Part shown: positions 10,124-19,643 of the stretch, one piece after another
Position numbering within the stretch: the stretch's first letter is position 1
Layout of the letters: each line of letters opens with the position of its first letter
Source: Nitrospirales bacterium
Lineage (GTDB): Bacteria; Nitrospirota; Nitrospiria; Nitrospirales; UBA8639
Direction of reading: 5' to 3'
DNA length: 64,000 bases
NCBI GenBank assembly: GCA_963555755.3
Contig: OY820905.2
Coordinates: 4,512,001-4,576,000, forward strand
Program-made: the position numbers and the translations under genes
Notes under the pieces: model-generated
The model's input: the letters and a program-made list of their open reading frames with translations, nothing else
Database searches by the model: none
What the model was told of the DNA's origin: nothing

Positions 10124-12451
10124 ATGGATGGACTGAAAAGGCTCGGGCCCCTGGATGAGGGGCCTGACGCCATACGTGTTGACATGTTTCGCTGGGTCAC
10201 CGCATTTCTCTGTGTTGTTGTCGGTGGTTGGGGTGTGGCTGCCGAGATGGTCTTTGGGCAAACGTTAGGATTGAAGATCCAGTCCATTGGTATTGAGGGG
10301 AATCAACGAATCGAAGATTCTGCCATTCTTGGCAGGTTGACCGTGCAGCCAGGGGATCTCATTACTTCGATCATTGCTCGTCAGCAAATACAGCGCATTT
10401 ACGATATGGGGTTTTTTGATGACGTGCAAGTACGGACAGAGTCTATTGCCAATGGTGTCCTGGTGATTTTTCTTGTGAAGGAAAAACCGTTTACCGTCGA
10501 CATTGTGTTTGATGGTAATGAAGAACTGTCTGACGATAAGTTGAAGGAAGTGGTGACATTGCAAAGTCAGGTGTTTTTGGATAAGAAGGAAGTAAAAGCC
10601 AGTGCTGAGAAAATTCGTGAAGAGTATCAAATAGAAGGGTATCATCATGCCAAAGTGATTCCCATTGTGCAGGCGCTTGATGATACCCGGAACCGGATTA
10701 CCTTTTTTATTCAGGAAGGCACACGCGCCAGGATTCGCACCATTATTTTCGCAGGCATGACCGTGGTGAGCAAGAGTGATTTATTAGGGGTCACGGCGAA
10801 TCGGGAATGGGTGCCGCTGCTCTCGCTGTTGACGGATGCCGGCATTCTTCGTCGGGAAGAATTGTCCAACGACGTGGAACGGATCAAAGAATTCTATTCG
10901 AACAAAGGGTACCTCGATGTCCAGGTTGGCATTCCCCGCATCGACCTGAGTGAGGACAAAGAGTCGTTTATTGTCACATTTCGGATCATCGAGGGCCAAC
11001 CGTATACTATTGGTTCCGTGACGTTCACGGGCAATACGATCTTCGAGACGGAAGAGTTAGAACTCGGATCCTTCCTCCGTTCGACTGATGTGTTTCAACG
11101 GTCATTGATCCGTCAGGAAGTGACACGGATAACGGATAAATATGGGGTAAAGGGGTATTCTTTTGCGGAGGTGACCCCCTCATTGGTTCCGAATCCTCAA
11201 ACCTTGACGACGCAGATTACTTTTACCATTACGGAAGGTCATCTGATTCGTGTTCGCGAGATTCACATATCCGGAAATGATAAAACCCGAGACAATGTCA
11301 TTCGTCGTGAGATCCGAGTTGATGAACAGGAGGCCATTAACTCGGTCGCGATCAAGCGGAGTTTTCAGCGGCTCAATAATCTAAATTTTTTTGAAACCGT
11401 GGAAATTCTTCCCACCCAGGTTGAAGAGGATAAAGTCGATCTGGAAGTGAAGGTGAAGGAAAAACCAACAGGATCGTTTAGTATCGGTGGTGGGTTTAGT
11501 ACGTTGGACCAATTTACCGCGATTGCCAATATTTCTGAGGGCAATTTGTTCGGAAAGGGATATTTAGTGCGGATCCGTGGACAGCTCGGCCTTCGGCGGA
11601 CGTTAGGGGTCCTCACCTTTCGGAATCCCGCTTTATATGACGGTCCCACCTCATTTCAAGTCGACGGCTTCAGTACCAATACGAATTTTCTTACGTATGA
11701 GGAAGAGCGGATTGGGGGGACCATGCAATTTGGCCAAGCTTTTTCGGAATTTATTGCGGGCAGCTTTACGCTGGTGGCCGAAGCCATTACAATTAAAAAC
11801 CCGTCGTCTGATGCTCCGACTTTTATCCTCAGTCAGGTGGGCGACCAATCGACGACTGGGTTTCGCGCCAGCTTGTTTCGTGATACAAGGGATAATTTTC
11901 AAAGCCCACGGAGTGGGTCACGTACTGGAATTCGATTGGGTTTTGGGTCCGAGGCCTTTGGTGGGTCGAATAATTTCTACCGCGTGAGTCTTGATGGGCT
12001 CAAATATGTGCCGTTCCCAATTTGGGACATGCGGATGTCCTTTCGTGGTCGGTTTGGGCTTGTCGAAGGCTACGGAGGGGATCCGGTACCTTTGACCGAA
12101 CTCTATTTCGTCGGAGGTATCAACTCCGTTCGTGGTTTTAAATTCGGTCGTGCGGGTCCTGTCACCTCTGGTGGTACCTTAGAGGGTGGGAATAAGCAGG
12201 TCATTCTCAATGTGAATGTGATTTTCCCTATAATAGAGGGGGCGAAACTCGACGGCGTGGTCTTTTTTGATTATGGAAAAGGGTTTGCTGAAGTGGAGGA
12301 CCTTTCGTTGGATCTCAGGCCCGCGACCGGTCTTGAAGTTCGGTGGGTTTCTCCATTCGGCCCCCTGCGAGCTGCGTGGGGAATTAATTTAGATGCCAAA
12401 CCAAATGAACAGGAAACCGTGTTCGAATTTTCGGTTGGAAATGTCTTTTAG
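10124..12451 (+). CDS. bamA: Outer-membrane protein assembly factor BamA (start possibly ATG 10184)
   Basis: POTRA repeats; GNDKTRDNVIRRE; VRGF motif; W.SPFGPL; C-terminal Phe. Confidence 0.96.
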   Translation: MDGLKRLGPLDEGPDAIRVDMFRWVTAFLCVVVGGWGVAAEMVFGQTLGLKIQSIGIEGNQRIEDSAILGRLTVQPGDLITSIIARQQIQRIYDMGFFDDVQVRTESIANGVLVIFLVKEKPFTVDIVFDGNEELSDDKLKEVVTLQSQVFLDKKEVKASAEKIREEYQIEGYHHAKVIPIVQALDDTRNRITFFIQEGTRARIRTIIFAGMTVVSKSDLLGVTANREWVPLLSLLTDAGILRREELSNDVERIKEFYSNKGYLDVQVGIPRIDLSEDKESFIVTFRIIEGQPYTIGSVTFTGNTIFETEELELGSFLRSTDVFQRSLIRQEVTRITDKYGVKGYSFAEVTPSLVPNPQTLTTQITFTITEGHLIRVREIHISGNDKTRDNVIRREIRVDEQEAINSVAIKRSFQRLNNLNFFETVEILPTQVEEDKVDLEVKVKEKPTGSFSIGGGFSTLDQFTAIANISEGNLFGKGYLVRIRGQLGLRRTLGVLTFRNPALYDGPTSFQVDGFSTNTNFLTYEEERIGGTMQFGQAFSEFIAGSFTLVAEAITIKNPSSDAPTFILSQVGDQSTTGFRASLFRDTRDNFQSPRSGSRTGIRLGFGSEAFGGSNNFYRVSLDGLKYVPFPIWDMRMSFRGRFGLVEGYGGDPVPLTELYFVGGINSVRGFKFGRAGPVTSGGTLEGGNKQVILNVNVIFPIIEGAKLDGVVFFDYGKGFAEVEDLSLDLRPATGLEVRWVSPFGPLRAAWGINLDAKPNEQETVFEFSVGNVF

Positions 12452-12462
12452 AGGATACAGCT

Positions 12463-13053
12463 ATGCAGGGTTTTAGTTGGATTTCACAGGATCCGAGAAC
12501 ACTTGTCCACCTCGGTGCCGGGTGGTTGGTATCGGGGATTCTGTTGCTTGGCAGCGGTTGCATGTCGTCTTCCCCCGTCACTGAAAAAAAATCTGTCTCA
12601 CCGATCGCCATTGGTGTGGTGGATACGCAGTGGTTGCTCAAAGAGTCCAAATTGGGGCAGCGTGTGACGGAGACGCTCAATGTGTTCATGAAAGATCGTC
12701 AAACATTAATTGAGCTGGAGCAGAAAGAACTCCGAAACCTGGAAAGCCAATTGTTGCGGCAAGGGAGTGTCTTAAGCCAGTCGGCTCAGCAACAACGCGA
12801 AGAACAATTTCGGCGACGGATGGGGGAGTATCAGCAAAAAGTGGCGAATATGAACCAGGAAGTTCAGGCCAAACAGGGGCAATTGTTTTTGGAATTTCGA
12901 GAAAGCGTTGATGCGATTATTGAAAATTTTGCCCAGCGCCGTGGCCTGGCCCTTGTGATGGAAAAAGGCGCGAATACGCCGACTCGCTATTATCAGCCCA
13001 GTTTAGATATTTCCAAGGAAGTGCTCGCTGAATTGAATCAACGTTACCCCTAA
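12463..13053 (+). CDS. skp: OmpH/Skp periplasmic chaperone
   Basis: IGVVD motif, long coiled coil, C-terminal 'LDISKEVLAELN'; lies directly after bamA. Confidence 0.85.
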   Translation: MQGFSWISQDPRTLVHLGAGWLVSGILLLGSGCMSSSPVTEKKSVSPIAIGVVDTQWLLKESKLGQRVTETLNVFMKDRQTLIELEQKELRNLESQLLRQGSVLSQSAQQQREEQFRRRMGEYQQKVANMNQEVQAKQGQLFLEFRESVDAIIENFAQRRGLALVMEKGANTPTRYYQPSLDISKEVLAELNQRYP

Positions 13054-13233
13054 GGACCTGAGAGAAAGTAACTTGGACAATATTGCGCCAAGATTTGGGT
13101 CGGATTTGGACGGAACGATTGAGAAAACCCCGAGGCATAGCACAGCTATGTTGAGGGTTTTTCGATTGAGGCCCGTTCAAAGATGGCCCGAAGATTGGAT
13201 GCGAGATTGACCAAGTTATTTTCTCTCAGGTCC
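13054..13233. mobile_element. MITE family A (180 bp), inverted relative to the 9682 copy
   Basis: GGACCTGAGAGAAAGTAACTTGG...CCAAGTTATTTTCTCTCAGGTCC; the TSD TAA is the skp stop codon. Confidence 0.93.
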
Positions 13234-13256
13234 TAAGGGGCAGGGTTCTTTTGGAA

Positions 13257-13284
13257 CGTGACGCGTGAGACGTGAAGCGGAAGA
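13257..13284 (+). repeat. Short CGTGANN heptamer array
   Basis: CGTGACG CGTGAGA CGTGAAG CGGAAGA. Confidence 0.6.
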
Positions 13285-13305
13285 GTTTGGTGGAGGAGCC
13301 TTTTT

Positions 13306-13773
13306 ATGGGTGAGACCCCGATCGAGAACATTGATATTCAAGCTATTCTCCCTCACCGGTATCCGTTTTTATTAGTGGATCGGGTGACGGAATTACACAC
13401 TGATCAGATGGCTGTTGGGGTGAAAAACGTCACGATCAATGAACCGTTTTTTCAGGGACACTTTCCTGGCCATCCTATTTTTCCAGGGGTTCTCATTCTT
13501 GAGGCTTTAGCGCAGCTTGGTGGAATCCTGGCTATACTCTCAACTCCAGGAAATACTCCGCCGGTTGTATTTTTAACGGGTATTGATAAAGCAAAGTTTC
13601 GTAAGCCCGTGGTTCCTGGTGATCAATTGCGTCTCCAGGTCACGGTGATTAAAAGACGTCCTCCCTTTTGGAAAATGCAGGGCAAAGCCTTTGTTGGCAA
13701 TGACTTAGTGTGCGAAGCTGAATCGACGGCGATGGTCACGACGACCACTGAGTCGGAGTCGGTGCGCGAGTAG
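13306..13773 (+). CDS. fabZ: 3-hydroxyacyl-ACP dehydratase
   Basis: LPHRYPFLLVDR; NEPFFQGHFP..PI.PGVLILEALAQ. Confidence 0.97.
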   Translation: MGETPIENIDIQAILPHRYPFLLVDRVTELHTDQMAVGVKNVTINEPFFQGHFPGHPIFPGVLILEALAQLGGILAILSTPGNTPPVVFLTGIDKAKFRKPVVPGDQLRLQVTVIKRRPPFWKMQGKAFVGNDLVCEAESTAMVTTTTESESVRE

Positions 13774-13788
13774 GATGAGAAGCTGAGT

Positions 13789-14598
13789 ATGTCTATCCAT
13801 TCCACAGCCATTGTGCATCCCAAGGCGGAACTCGATGAAGATGTTACAATTGGGCCGTATTGCATAGTCGGAGAGCATGTGCACATTGGGCGTGGAACCG
13901 AGTTGCTCTCCCATGTCTGCGTGGAAGGATGGACCGAAATCGGTCAACGATGCAAGATCTTTCCATACGTGTCCATCGGCACCCCTCCCCAACACCTTCA
14001 GTATCATGATGAGCCCACCAAAGTCATCATTGGGGACCAAAATATTTTGCGGGAATATGTCACCGTGAATCGAGGGACGGCGTTTGGCGGGGGCATTACC
14101 TCATTGGGGAAACATAATTTTTTGATGGCCTACGTGCATATCGCGCATGATTGTCACTTGGGAGATTCGGTCGTAATGGCCAATGCAGCGACGTTGGCCG
14201 GGCATATCACCATCGGGAGTTATTCCGTGATCGGTGGGTTGGTTGGGGTCCATCAGTATGTCCGTATTGGCGATTATGCCATGATTGGCGGATGCTCGGC
14301 TGTGGCTCGTGATGTGCCGCCGTATATGCGGGCAGTCGGGAACCGCGCCAAACTCTATGGGCTCAATTCCATTGGCCTTCGCCGTGGTGGGTTTTCCAAT
14401 GCGCGTATCCGTATTCTCAAACAGGCCTATCAGCTTTTATTTCGGAAGGGCCAACGTTTGGCCGAGGCCACGAAACTCGCCAGACATCAATTTCAAGATA
14501 GCCAGGATGTCTTGATGATGTTGACCTTTTTGGAAGCCTCAACGCGAGGCGCTTGCCGACCTGCACGAAAAGGCCAGGACGATCAAGAGGAATTCTAA
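13789..14598 (+). CDS. lpxA: Acyl-ACP--UDP-N-acetylglucosamine acyltransferase
   Basis: Hexapeptide repeats; REYVTVNRGT; HIAHDC; LAGH; GLNSIGLRR. Confidence 0.96.
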   Translation: MSIHSTAIVHPKAELDEDVTIGPYCIVGEHVHIGRGTELLSHVCVEGWTEIGQRCKIFPYVSIGTPPQHLQYHDEPTKVIIGDQNILREYVTVNRGTAFGGGITSLGKHNFLMAYVHIAHDCHLGDSVVMANAATLAGHITIGSYSVIGGLVGVHQYVRIGDYAMIGGCSAVARDVPPYMRAVGNRAKLYGLNSIGLRRGGFSNARIRILKQAYQLLFRKGQRLAEATKLARHQFQDSQDVLMMLTFLEASTRGACRPARKGQDDQEEF

Positions 14599-15465
14599 TT
14601 GATCTCAGACTCCCTTTCTTCGAATGATCCTTCCTCCCCTGTGGAACCGGTGTCACCAGGTGAATCGATTGGGTTGATTGCCGGGAACGGTCGGTTTCCG
14701 ATTATCTTTGCGGAAAATGCCAAAAAACTAGGGTATGCCGTGTCGGCGGTCGCGCATGTGGGTGAGACCGATCCGGCGCTTGAACAGGCGGTGGATCGCA
14801 TTCATTGGATCCGAATTGGCCAGTTGAATAAAATGATTCGAGCCCTCAAAGATGATGGGGTCCGTCAGGCTGTCATGTTGGGGGGGATCAAAAAAACGCA
14901 TCTGTTTTCAGATGTTCGTCCTGACCTCCGCGCCATTGCCTTGTTTTCCCGTCTCAAGGTCTGGAAGGACGATGGGATTTTGCGAGCCATTGCCAAGGAA
15001 ATTGAAAGCGAAGGGATCACAATCCGGGAATCGACGTTTGGCCTACGCGATATTTTAGTGCCGGTCGGGGAACTATCAAAACGGCGGCCCACGAAAAAAG
15101 AACTCGAAGATATTCACTTTGGGTGGGCCATTGCGAAGGAAATCTGCCAGATTGATATTGGGCAATGTGTGGTTGTGAAGGATAAGGTCATCGTCGCGGT
15201 GGAAGCGGTGGAAGGCACAGATGAAGCCATTCGTCGTGGTGGGGCCTTGGCTCGAAAGGGGGCCGTGGTAGTGAAACGTTCGAAACCTCAGCAAGACCTT
15301 CGGTTTGACCTACCGGCAGTTGGTCCTCGGACCATCGAGGTGATGCGGGAGGTCAAGGCATCGGTTTTGGCTTTAGAGGCGGACAAAACGATTTTTCTCG
15401 ATCGAGAAGACATGCTGGAACAAGCCAATCGTGCTGGTATCGCTATTGTCGGATTAAAAGCGTGA
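14599..15465 (+). CDS. lpxI: UDP-2,3-diacylglucosamine pyrophosphatase LpxI
   Basis: GLIAGNGRFP; DIGQCVVV; AVEAVEGTD; KPQQDLRFDLPAVG. Confidence 0.93.
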   Translation: MISDSLSSNDPSSPVEPVSPGESIGLIAGNGRFPIIFAENAKKLGYAVSAVAHVGETDPALEQAVDRIHWIRIGQLNKMIRALKDDGVRQAVMLGGIKKTHLFSDVRPDLRAIALFSRLKVWKDDGILRAIAKEIESEGITIRESTFGLRDILVPVGELSKRRPTKKELEDIHFGWAIAKEICQIDIGQCVVVKDKVIVAVEAVEGTDEAIRRGGALARKGAVVVKRSKPQQDLRFDLPAVGPRTIEVMREVKASVLALEADKTIFLDREDMLEQANRAGIAIVGLKA

Positions 15466-15540
15466 TACGTAATGCGTGATGCGTAACGCGTAGGAAATTT
15501 TCCTTTTCACGCATTACGCTTCACGGATCACGCATTACGA
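15461..15540. repeat. Inverted pair of heptamer tandem arrays, (CGTRANN)5-loop-(NTYACGN)5
   Basis: CGTGATA CGTAATG CGTGATG CGTAACG CGTAGGA ... TTCACGC ATTACGC TTCACGG ATCACGC ATTACGA. Confidence 0.8.
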
Positions 15541-15558
15541 TATTTGGGGTTCTCACAC

Positions 15559-16533
15559 ATGGATCGTCTCAAAGTCGGCGTCATTGGGGTGGGGCACTTA
15601 GGCCAACACCATGTTCGACTGTATTCTCAGTTTTCGGATACCCAGCTCGTGGGTATCGTGGATCTTGATCGTGATCGTGCAGAGGCGATTGGACAACGGC
15701 ATGGTGTCCCGGTGTTTTCTCATGTCAAAGAGTTGTTAGGCGTTGTCGATGCGGTGAGCGTGGCTGTGCCGACTTCTCATCATCGAGAAGTCGTGCAGAC
15801 CTGTTTGGAGGCCGGGGTGCATGTCCTGGTGGAAAAGCCTCTGGCGTCCACTGTTGCCGAGGCCAGGGCCATGGTCGAATTCGCGAACCAACGCGGCTTG
15901 TGGTTACAGGTCGGGCATGTGGAACGGTTCAATCCGATTATGGATGGCATTCGAAAGGTCATTCACACCCCTGGATTCATCGAATGTCATCGTCTCGCTC
16001 CGTATCAACCGCGTGGGACGGATGTGGATGTGGTGTTGGATCTCATGATCCACGACTTGGATCTGATTTTGTCTTTCAACTTGGGCGAGCCAGAAAAAGT
16101 TGAAGCGGCGGGGGTGACGGTGCTGTCCTCACAAATTGATTTTGCGAATGCCCGTGTTGAATTTTCTGGTGGGTGTATCGTCAGCTTTACCGCCAGCCGA
16201 ATGTCCACGGGCCGCCTGCGGAAAATGCGTTTATTTCAATCTGATCTGTATCTGTCCGTGGATTTTCAATCACGGCAAGGCTTTGGGTATAGACGGACTG
16301 TTCTTTCAGGCGGAGAGTCCTCCGTGGCAGAAGAGTCGATTCAGGGCAATGATGAAGAGCCCCTCAAGCGAGAGTTGCACGCATTTGTGCAATCTGTCCA
16401 GTCGGGTGTGGCACTCGGAGTGTCGGGGGAAGAGGGGCTTCGTGCATTGGAACTGGCCCATGCCATCAACGAATCGATCCTTAAGGCTGGTTTGCGTGAA
16501 CCGTTCACACAGAGAGCAGGTTCTTCTTTTTGA
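15559..16533 (+). CDS. Gfo/Idh/MocA oxidoreductase (GnnA-like)
   Basis: GVIGVGHLG; LVEKP; QVGHVERFNP; DLMIHDLD; lies between lpxI and lpxB. Confidence 0.88.
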   Translation: MDRLKVGVIGVGHLGQHHVRLYSQFSDTQLVGIVDLDRDRAEAIGQRHGVPVFSHVKELLGVVDAVSVAVPTSHHREVVQTCLEAGVHVLVEKPLASTVAEARAMVEFANQRGLWLQVGHVERFNPIMDGIRKVIHTPGFIECHRLAPYQPRGTDVDVVLDLMIHDLDLILSFNLGEPEKVEAAGVTVLSSQIDFANARVEFSGGCIVSFTASRMSTGRLRKMRLFQSDLYLSVDFQSRQGFGYRRTVLSGGESSVAEESIQGNDEEPLKRELHAFVQSVQSGVALGVSGEEGLRALELAHAINESILKAGLREPFTQRAGSSF

Positions 16534-16535
16534 AG

Positions 16536-16718
16536 AACGGGTAAAAAAGCATGCTCTCGCGAAGGGAAGGGTGCCAGCGGGGTTTTCCTGGAACGTAACA
16601 CGTGAAGCGTGGAAGAAACATCGGGGTACGTGTCCCCAATACTTCACGCATGACGCTTCACATCCCACGAATCTTGGCTTTCCTTCGGCAACACTTAGGA
16701 CAGGTTTTGAACAGTCCC
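16536..16718. mobile_element. Degenerate family D MITE with REP-like hairpins at both ends and a heptamer array in the centre
   Basis: Right end TTTTGAACAGTCCC preceded by CCTTCGGCAACACTTAGGACAGG (homologous to 41268-41305 inverted); CCAGCGGGGTTTTC core; CGTGAAG/CTTCACG heptamers at 16593-16669. Confidence 0.55.
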
Positions 16719-16738
16719 TTTGATTGTCTATTGTTACT

Positions 16739-17875
16739 ATGGCTGCCCTCACTATTCTGATTGTCGCAGGAGAGGCCTCAGGAGATCTGCACGGTGCAAA
16801 CTTGGCGAAGGCATTAAAGATCCGTGAGCCCAATGTGAAGTTGCTTGGAGTTGGCGGCCAGCACATGCGTTCCACTGGGGTTGAGCTGTTAGGCGGCATA
16901 CAACGACTGGACGCCGTGGGAGTTCCAGGGCCAGTGACGATTGGCAAGGGGATAGCGAATATTTTGAGGATGAAGCGATTTTTCAAGGAACAGGCCTTGG
17001 ATGGCGTGGTCTTCATCGATAACCCGTCCATGAATCTTCGGTTGGCCCGAATTGCGGCAAAACTTGGGCACCGGGTAATCTATTATATCGCCCCACAAAT
17101 TTGGGCATGGGGCCAGCATCGGATCCATTTAATTAAACGTGTCGTTCGCCGCATGATCGTGATTTTGCCCTTCGAAGAAGCCATCTATCGTGACGCCGGC
17201 GTGCCCTGTGATTTCGTCGGGCATCCGTTACTCGATACGTTGGCACCTCAGTATGACCGGCGAATGGTGCGGAAGCAGCTGGGGTTGCCTGAAGAGGGTT
17301 TGATCATCGGGGTCTTGCCGGGCAGCCGCATATCAGAGGTCCAATCGCTGTTACCCGAAATGATTCAGGCGGTGAAGCAGCTGAGAGATTTTGCCCCCGA
17401 TGTGCAATGTGTCATTGGTCAGGCCCAGTCCATTTCCGGTGAATACCTCGAAGGGCTGTTCGATCGTGAGGGATTGCCCGTGACCATGATCGCTGATCAG
17501 ACGAATGAGGTCATGGCGGCTTCTGACTTGCTGCTCGTGGCGTCGGGAACGGTCACGCTTCAGGCCGCGCTGGTGGGGACGCCCATGATTATTACGTATC
17601 GGTTATCGTGGTTGACTTACCAGATTGCCACACGCATTGCCTTGGTGAACCATCTCGGGTTGGTTAATGTGGTGGCTGGACGTGGTATTGTGCCGGAATT
17701 GCTCCAAGCGGAGGCAACTGCCGAACGATTATATGAAGAGGCCCTGAGTCTGTTAACGGATCGTGGCCGGTATCATCAGATGCAAGAAGCGTTTCAATGT
17801 ATTCGTGAACAAATGGGTACGCCCGGGGCGTCAGACCGGGCGGCTCAAGTGGTATTAGCCGAATGTCGAGCGTAA
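16739..17875 (+). CDS. lpxB: Lipid A disaccharide synthase
   Basis: AGEASGDLHG; YIAPQIWAW; ILPFE; FVGHPL; LPGSR..E; SGTVTL. Confidence 0.96.
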   Translation: MAALTILIVAGEASGDLHGANLAKALKIREPNVKLLGVGGQHMRSTGVELLGGIQRLDAVGVPGPVTIGKGIANILRMKRFFKEQALDGVVFIDNPSMNLRLARIAAKLGHRVIYYIAPQIWAWGQHRIHLIKRVVRRMIVILPFEEAIYRDAGVPCDFVGHPLLDTLAPQYDRRMVRKQLGLPEEGLIIGVLPGSRISEVQSLLPEMIQAVKQLRDFAPDVQCVIGQAQSISGEYLEGLFDREGLPVTMIADQTNEVMAASDLLLVASGTVTLQAALVGTPMIITYRLSWLTYQIATRIALVNHLGLVNVVAGRGIVPELLQAEATAERLYEEALSLLTDRGRYHQMQEAFQCIREQMGTPGASDRAAQVVLAECRA

Positions 17876-19620
17876 ACGTTTTCCTCAGGATTATCTCCTA
17901 TCTTCGTGGGTATCAGATGAGGCTGGCGGCCGCATGTGTGTGTGCCGCGGGCGTCGCTGGGATGACCGGCGCGTATGCCTGGCTCATTCAGCCCGTGATG
18001 GATGAGCTGTTCATTGCCAAAGATGAGTCACTGCTCCTGGTCTTGCCACTGGCGCTCCTTAGCGTGGCGGTCCTGAAAGGTCTCTTTTCCTATGGTCAGG
18101 CCTACCTCATGAGTTATGTGGGACATCGACTCGTTGCGAACGTGCGTCAGCAATTGTTCGGGCAATTTCTTCGTCTCCCCCTGCCGTTTCATCATGCCCA
18201 TACCTCGGGGCGTCTCCTGGCACGAGTGGTCAATGATGTCAATGAAATGGGAAATGCGATTCCTACCGTGGTGAAAGATCTTTTTCAGCAGGGTTTAACA
18301 TTTATTGCCATGTTGGGTTTGGCATTTTATCAGAATTGGAAATTGGCGACGATTGTGCTTCTGGTGTTCCCCATCTCGGGCTATGTTATCGTCCAAATTG
18401 GCAAGCGAATTCGGAAATTGGCTACCAAGGGGCAGGAGTCGATGGGGGATATGGCCTCAGTGGTTAGCGAAGCACTCAAAGGGATTCGTATTGTGAAAGC
18501 GTACGGGGCAGAAGACATTGAACAACAACGTTTTAGCCAAAGTAACAACTCCTTTATGCGGGCCAATATTAAGTCGGCACAGGTTTCGGCCATAGCTTCT
18601 CCCTTTTTAGAAATTATCGGAGTGGGGGGAATTGCCGTCATCATTTGGTATGGTGGATTTTTGGTGATTGACGGCCAGATGAAACCCGGGGAATTTTTTT
18701 CGTTCTTGCTTGCATTGGGTCTGGCGTATGGACCTGTTCGCAAACTGGCTGGGGCCAATGTCTCGATACAACGAGCATTAGCCGCAGGGATTCGTGTCTT
18801 TGATATGCTCGATCGACAGAATGAATATGAACAAGATCGTGGACATATCGTGTTACCACCAGTCGCGCATTCTTTGGAATTTCGGAACGTGCACTTTTGT
18901 TATGAAGACAGTGAGCAGCCGGCGCTGATAAATATTAACTTAACGATTCAGGCCGGGGAAGTGGTCGCGCTGGTAGGCCGAAGTGGAAGTGGCAAAACCA
19001 CGCTCGTGAGTCTTGTGGCACGGTTATTTCATCCCTCAGAGGGAATGATTGCTATCGATGGACAAGATATTCAACATGTGATGCTTGACTCATTGCGATC
19101 GCAAATTGCCATGGTCTCGCAGGATACGATTTTGTTCGATGAAACCATACGGGCCAATATTGCGTACGGTCGAATGGACGCCAGTGATGCCGACGTGCTT
19201 GGGGCAGCCAAGGCTGCGCATGCATGGGAGTTCATTGATCAGTTGCCGGAGGGCCTGGATACATTGATCGGAGAAAATGGGGTCAAGCTGTCCGGAGGCC
19301 AACGGCAGCGATTGGCGATTGCGCGGGCGATTTTGCGGGATCCGCCCTTGCTCATTCTCGATGAAGCCACCTCCTCACTCGATACCGAATCCGAGCGCAT
19401 GGTTCAAGCCGCCTTAACGACCTTAATGAACAATCGGACGACTCTCGTGATTGCCCATCGTCTCTCAACCGTTCAGCATGCGAATCGCATCGTGGTGTTG
19501 AATGAGGGGCGCATCTTGGAAGTTGGCACCCATTCGGAACTCCTTCGTCGAAATGGGGCATACACGCGGTTGTATCAGACGCAATTTCACGACGTATCGG
19601 TGGAATCGATCATCAGTTAA
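17863..19620 (+). CDS. msbA: Lipid A export ABC transporter
   Basis: TM domain plus GRSGSGKT, LSGGQRQR, ILDEATSSLD, IAHRLST; located in the lipid A operon. Confidence 0.9.
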   Translation: MSSVNVFLRIISYLRGYQMRLAAACVCAAGVAGMTGAYAWLIQPVMDELFIAKDESLLLVLPLALLSVAVLKGLFSYGQAYLMSYVGHRLVANVRQQLFGQFLRLPLPFHHAHTSGRLLARVVNDVNEMGNAIPTVVKDLFQQGLTFIAMLGLAFYQNWKLATIVLLVFPISGYVIVQIGKRIRKLATKGQESMGDMASVVSEALKGIRIVKAYGAEDIEQQRFSQSNNSFMRANIKSAQVSAIASPFLEIIGVGGIAVIIWYGGFLVIDGQMKPGEFFSFLLALGLAYGPVRKLAGANVSIQRALAAGIRVFDMLDRQNEYEQDRGHIVLPPVAHSLEFRNVHFCYEDSEQPALININLTIQAGEVVALVGRSGSGKTTLVSLVARLFHPSEGMIAIDGQDIQHVMLDSLRSQIAMVSQDTILFDETIRANIAYGRMDASDADVLGAAKAAHAWEFIDQLPEGLDTLIGENGVKLSGGQRQRLAIARAILRDPPLLILDEATSSLDTESERMVQAALTTLMNNRTTLVIAHRLSTVQHANRIVVLNEGRILEVGTHSELLRRNGAYTRLYQTQFHDVSVESIIS

Positions 19621-19643
19621 CCTCCAAGTCAGGGCTCATCGAG

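Noticed and set aside
16136..17031. Long alternative ORFs (16136-16723 +, 16306-17031 -), plus 6695-7147 and 43098-43433
   Set aside because: They overlap well-supported genes in other frames or strands and have no recognisable motifs.
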